A stretch of 58,242 bases of DNA, the filler included, from Platydemus manokwari (lineage: Eukaryota), in assembly GCA_037951405.1 (NCBI GenBank). It is 5 parts of 5 records of this genome, joined end to end, with 100 filler letters (N's around TTAATTAATTAA, not from the genome) between each part and the next. Parts side by side here need not be neighbours in the genome. Positions count along the whole stretch, not along the records: positions 38,607 to 58,242 come from JBBMOY011744730.1; 4 more parts are not named here. One strand, 5' to 3'. Positions 52,301 through 58,242 of the stretch are shown here, in pieces. The translations under genes were made by a program, and so were the position numbers. The first letter of the stretch is position 1; each line of letters begins with the position of its first letter. Under the pieces are notes generated by a model, which had not been told where the DNA came from, ran no database searches, and saw only the letters and a list, made by a program, of their open reading frames with translations.

Positions 52301-55300
52301 TACTTGATTTATTATTATAAATGCCGAATTTTCTTAAGCCAATGCTTGTCTAGTGTCAGAAGTAGCTTGTGCAGCTCCAAATAGTTTTTGTGTTCATGAT
52401 AATTCTATTGAAACATACAAATGTGTTTGTAATTCGGGCTATACAATGGTTCAAAACGTGTGCCAAAGTAATANNNNNNNNNNNNNNNNNNNNNNNNNNN
52501 NNNNNNNNNNNNNNNNNNNNNNNNNNNNNNNNNNNNNNNNNNNNNNNNNNNNNNNNNNNNNNNNNNNNNNNNNNNNNNNNNNNNNNNNNNNNNNNNNNNN
52601 NNATTTCAATAATACAAAAATAAGGTAATAATAAATAAATAACATGCTATAAATTGTTTTTGTGGAAATTTTATTAGGAACCTATTTCAACTTCCAATGT
52701 TCCGTACCATGCCACGTCCATGCAACGTGTATCGATACTGATAAGTGTCTTTGCAATCCTGGATATCAAGGAGATGGTCATTTTTGTTTTAATTGTAGTA
52801 TATGTAACAAAAATGCCGAGTGCTTTCCACAATTGAATATATGTCGCTGCAAACCCGGTTATGTGGGTAGTGGCTATGAGTGTCGAGAAGAATGTATTGC
52901 TTGTTATATCTTGGTTTAAATAGGTTTTAAAATGGTTAATATTCCAGCAGAGTGTCGAATAACGTGCCACGAAAATGCAAGTTGTATTAATGGATATTGC
53001 AAATGTCGGGATAATCTTATCGGTGATGGAATCAACTCATGCTTCGATTGTATGCAATGTGATATTGAGGCAGATTGTAATCCATTTGGAAACAGATGCT
53101 ATTGCAGACCTGGATTTGAAGGAAATGGCTTTAAATGCACAAGTGAATTTGAAATTAATATTATTTCATAAATTAAATAACCTATTCCATAATAAGTTCT
53201 ATATTTTGTTTTCGTTTTATTATAATCTTGAAAGTACAGTATTTGTATTCAAGGACGAATAGAATAAAGAATGCATTAAGGTATTTTAATATTAAAAATA
53301 AAAGATGGATATTGCAAGCATTCGACTATATAATTTAATATCATCTTCAAGTTATTTTCATTATTTTTGATCATTGTTTTTATTTTTATAGAATCCTGTA
53401 AAAATATTACTTGTCACAAAGAAGCCGTTTGTTACCAGGGAAAATGTACTTGCAAAGAAGGCTTTGATGGAGATGGGTCATATTGTTTCAATTGTCAGCA
53501 GTGCCATAAGGATGCTGTTTGTATTGCTAAAGAATCAAAATGTGTTTGCAAATCACCTTTCATCGGCGATGGAATTAATCAATGTGCTCATTATCTCATC
53601 CCGAAAGGAAGTAAGCTATTTTCACGACTTGTCAAGGATTTATATTCATTCAATGATTGTATTAAACTTAAAGCTTTTAACGAAATGTTACGAAATTTTA
53701 ACTATTAATTGATAATATTATAGAATGAAAATGCGTATTTTTAAATACATAATTCATTCGTCTATTAATAGTAACAATATTTACAACTATTTTCACGAAA
53801 TAAAAAACCAATAAATCAATAACTGAAATAATCAAACTTTCCAGTTTTTATATAAATTCTTATAAATTGTTTTATTTTTGTTTAATCAAAGCTTACTTCC
53901 TTTACAAAGTACTATGAGAATTTTCTTCCAATCACGCTAATAAAACAATTATTAGAATTTTGTGCTTCATAAATTCATTAAACGAATACATTATTTTAAT
54001 TTCCTCTGCAATTTTTGTAAAAAATAAAACAAATCTTTATTTTTATAGACTGCTTTCCACCTTGTGCTGATCATGCCATTTGTTCAATGGAAAACAAATG
54101 TCAATGTCGTCCAAACTATTATGGGAATCCATTATTCAAGTGCAACATCGACTGTTCCAAATGCCATCCAGACGCAGATTGTGATGTCAAATCCGGTTAT
54201 TGCATATGTCGCTTGGGTTTCTTTGGAGATGGATTCATTTGCAATAAAACATGTAACGATTTGACTTTATCAACGTCACCAGTTAAAATTATTCAATAAA
54301 CAAGGTTGTATTGAAAAATGTCATGAAAATGCTCAATGTGTTGATGGTATATGCAAATGTAAAGTTGGATATTTTGGAGATGGTGTTAAACAATGCGCTA
54401 GCTGTATACAGTGTCTTTTTGAAGGAAACTGTGCTAATGTTACAAAGGAATGTGAATGCGCTCCATATTTCTACATGAACACAAATTGTTCGAGACGTTA
54501 GGGATCTGAATAATTTTTTTCGATTAATTTAAAATTATAATTTCAGAAATGGCATGCAAAGATAAATGCCATACTCATGCTAATTGTATTAATGGAAAAT
54601 GTATTTGTAACAAAGGACTAAATGGAGATGGAATCAATTATTGTTTTGATTGCAAGACTTGTAGCAAAAATGGAATTTGTTTACCGAATCAGAATCGATG
54701 TGAATGCAATCCGGGCTATGAAGGAGATGGGAAAACGTGCAGATTTATTCAAACTTGTAACCCAAATTGTCATCCAAAAGGAAGCTGCATTAACGGAAAA
54801 TGTGTTTGCAATAACAACTTAATTGGAGATGGTGTTTTGTCATGCTTCGATTGTGATCGATGTTCCATGTATGGTGTTTGCGTACCAAATAATCAAACCT
54901 GTGTTTGTAAGCCAGGTTATGAGGGAAATGGATTTTATTGCGTCAGAAGTATTTTCCTTGATTATTATAATTATCATTATTATAATTATTATAATCCCAA
55001 CTAAATCTCAAAACGTTGCTTGCAACATTTTTTTTATAAATAACCTTTACTAATAAGATATCTTTATATTTCAATAAAATAGGTGATAATAAATTTGAAA
55101 ATGTTTGAAAATGTTTAGAATGTCCTCAGAATTGTCATAAATTAGCAATTTGTATTGGTGACAAATGTATTTGTGGTCGAAATTTTTCTGGAGACGGTGT
55201 GAAATATTGTTTCAATTGCTCGAGATGTGATAGAAATTCCCAATGTCTTCCGAATCAAGAACGATGTCAATGCAATGACAAATTTGAAGGAGATGGATTT

Positions 55301-58142
55301 AAATGCAATCCAATAGGTTGGTGAAATTTTATTTCATAATCGAAAACTTTCAGAGTCATTGATTGTTTACATTGAAAGGCTCATTATTTTTTATTTGTAT
55401 TTAATAATTTATTACTTATATTATTATTAATAATTATTTTTGTTAAAACTGATGGAATTTTTATGGGTTATTTCAAACTAGTAATTATGAAGAATAAATC
55501 AATTATTGATATATCGATAATTTATTCTGGTAAATTAGTATGAATAGTTAGAAGTAGATGTTTGATTTTTTTCACCAAAGATCCGACAGCTAACAGATTA
55601 ATTGGCTGCGTGTATTAATTATAATAATGATAATAAACAAATAAGAGGTTTAACAATATAATATCTATACACAGTTAGAAAATGTGTAATGCTCAAGTTA
55701 AAAGATAGGAGTTTGATACCATAAAGAATTATAACAATCACCAGAGATGACAAAGTGACGCTTTACTGGGATTGAAAGAAATAAAAATGATTTCAAGTCT
55801 TTACAAATTCGATTGAACTTTGAGAAATTGATTTATCGTATTACACAGAATCTTCTTTCGTTAATTGATATGATTCGATAATAATTTAATGAAAATAATT
55901 TATCTTGCTGATAGTTTGTTTGAAAGATAGTTAAATTATGATCATTTATTCGAACCGAAAAAATATTCCGATGCGTAATAATGGTTCACGAATATAGCGC
56001 GATTAAATATATCCTCCGATATATGCGCTTTGTGTCTATTATCAGAATTCTAATAATTATGCTACGATTGATTGAAAATTATTTTGCGTTTGTAAACTGT
56101 GCCATCTGTTTATTTTTCCTGTGTAAGCGGGGCAACAACCCATTTTAATATATGCTTTAAGCTTTGGTTTTAGGTGGTGCTCTCTTCATAGAACACTCTA
56201 AATACACCCCATGAATATTTCAGCTTGTTTTACTCTCTGAATAATTCATCTCATGGTCATTTATTTTTTGGTTATTATTGTTAATCGCAAGACTTTAATA
56301 AGGGAACATTTATTTACAACAATTAGAACTTTATATATCATCACATTTCTAATGATGTAATCAGATTATGGAAGGTTAAATGGTTAGTAGCAACTGATAG
56401 TTTGCGCAATCACTAATCGCATTTACGTATCTCCCTTACAATTATCATTTTTTCTTTTCCTATTTATTACTTTTTGTGTTCCTAGCATTTTATGCTACAA
56501 GGCTTTTCAGATATTTTTCCTATCTATCTTTATTTAACATGAATTTAAGCCATAACTTATTTTTAGTAAATTATCAATATTTATTAGTCGAATGTCGAGT
56601 TAAATGTGGAGAGAAAGCCACTTGTAACAAAGGAAAATGTGAATGTTTACCAGGACTTTCCGGAGATCCTTTAAAACATTGTTTCGATTGTCGATCGTGT
56701 AGTCCTTTTGCCGATTGTAATGTTCCAAATAAGACGTGTTTCTGTAAATCGGGATATGAAGGCAATGGTATCAAGTGTATAAAAATTCCAGGTAAATATT
56801 ATTCAATACAAACAGTTCAAATACAAATCGAATAGAGTGCGTTCCAAAATGTCATCCAAAAGCGATTTGTTCAAATGAAAGATGTATATGTAAGCCTGAT
56901 CATATTGGAGATGGTGTATATTTCTGTTTCAATTGTTCGAGTTGTGATCGAAATGCACAATGCTTTCCTAATGAAGAAAAATGTGTCTGCAATTCAGGCT
57001 ATTCTGGAAATGGAAGTCAATGCTTGATTATCAAACCGAGTGAGTCACTTTGTCGAGGATACAGATTATTTAAAGTGGGATAAAACTCGTTATAATCAAA
57101 TAATAGTAATTCAAAGTCTGTTTTATGAAAACTTATGAGAACCCACGTCCAATTATTAAGTTAGACTTTTAGCAAGTTTAAAATATAACTTTTCTAAACG
57201 CTTTTTGGGATCGTTATAAAATTTAAGTTTAATTTTTGTTGATGGACTTTGTATATCTAAACTCGAAATCTCTAGTCAGTTAGCTTTATATGTTTGTCTC
57301 TTTTTCTCTCAATTTATATCATGTCATTTTAATCGTATTTCCAATTGTAATTGCTGATATTCTTAGAAAAAATAATAAATTATTTCTTTCGAGATTATGT
57401 CTGTTTGTTGATGTAGGTAAAATTATCAAACGGATTCCGGATATATTGCTTCAATTTCTATCATAAAACTTCAGAAACAAGTTTACAGGAAAAATCTAAA
57501 TTGTGTATAAACAACAATCTTAACGTTTTAAATTCAGTTCAAATTTCGATTGACATTTTGAGATAAGAAACTCGATTAAACCAAAAATAACATTAATTTA
57601 AAGATCAAATTTAAGGAAGAAAGTGTATTAGACTAATAATTATCTCTAATTTCAAATCTTTTCTATGTCATTTGATTACATTTCTTTCAGAAACTTGTCA
57701 GCCTCCGTGTGGAGAAAATGCTATCTGTGAAAATGAAAAATGTGTCTGCCAAACCGGATTATTCGGAGATCCTTTGAAACACTGTTTCGATTGTCGAAAG
57801 TGCAGTTCTTATGCTTATTGTAATGTCAACAATAAACGATGTATCTGCATAGAAGGTTATGAAGGAGACGGGATCAATTGTACATTTAAAGGTAGGTATT
57901 ATTAGTATTATATGATGATGAGAATATTAATTTTCCAGGATGCGATGTAAAATGTCATGCTAATGCATCGTGTATCAAACAGCAATGTGTTTGTATGACG
58001 GATTTCATTGGTGATGGAGTAACATTCTGTTTCAATTGTTCGAGTTGTAGCCCAAATGCGTACTGTTTTCCCGATAAACAAAGATGCACTTGCAAACCAG
58101 GGTTCTCTGGAGACGGAAGGAGATGCGAATTACCCATATTAA
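49387..58142 (+). CDS. Nidogen-like extracellular matrix protein (EGF - G2 - EGF - long compact EGF array), partial at both ends
   Basis: Exons about 49387-49595, 50273-50663, 50709-50980, 51833-51999, 52063-52289, 52339-52467, then EGF-doublet exons 52678-52893, 52948/51-53142, 53392-53610, 54049-54252, 54305-54496, 54547-54948, 55119-55316, 56588-56791, 56836-57039, 57691-57891, 57939-58142. CSKEATCQHVVLGQCCKCKNNWIGDGITC has the CCxC of nidogen EGF1, followed by a G2-like WITATPYDGGRNLIQLSGG segment. Confidence 0.82.
51123..51684 (+). mobile_element. Internally deleted mariner element in an intron of the nidogen-like gene
   Basis: TIR pair TACTACTGTGACGAAATATGAC / GTCATATCTGATTACAGTAGTA flanked by TA. 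Internal decayed transposase HDNA..H, SDLVPRDWWLFNKLK, FDSIDEIK...KCCVEGFYFE. Confidence 0.9.
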
Positions 58143-58242
58143 GTAATATATTCATTAATTTTGTTTTTAGTTCAGTAAAAATAAAAATAAAACTCATTTA
58201 AATATACAGACTTTTCTTTGAAATTTGAATGGGAAAGAATAA

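Overview
Very AT-rich eukaryotic genomic DNA with many short (about 42-63 bp) GT-AG introns, (AAT)n/(TA)n microsatellites and six N-gaps. Four gaps carry an artificial TTAATTAATTAA linker, so gene order across them is unverified. The divergent Pax6 homeodomain, intron style and transposon types point to a planarian flatworm (inference). Gene models were built by hand with splice phases checked: a 2-exon amidated neuropeptide precursor missed by the ORF track (7376-7642, predicted MKPHMPFHF-amide); an orphan minus-strand terminal exon with a GPI-like tail (8293-8699); a 10-exon secreted protein with four C-type lectin-like domains (12691-18831); an intronless divergent PP1 catalytic subunit (24705-25781); a small secreted F-type-lectin/discoidin-like plus PAN protein (29875-30729); the 3' part of a pax6B-type gene (39782-41374); a fragmentary type II membrane protein (47106-48880); and a nidogen-like gene (EGF-G2-EGF) followed by at least 24 compact EGF modules running off the window (49387-58142). 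Mobile DNA includes a hAT-type MITE with an 8-bp TSD, a 5'-truncated restriction-like-endonuclease non-LTR retroelement, two mariner remnants, a tandem pair of LTR-like hairpin repeats and a four-copy dispersed repeat. No rRNA, tRNA or CRISPR array was recognised.
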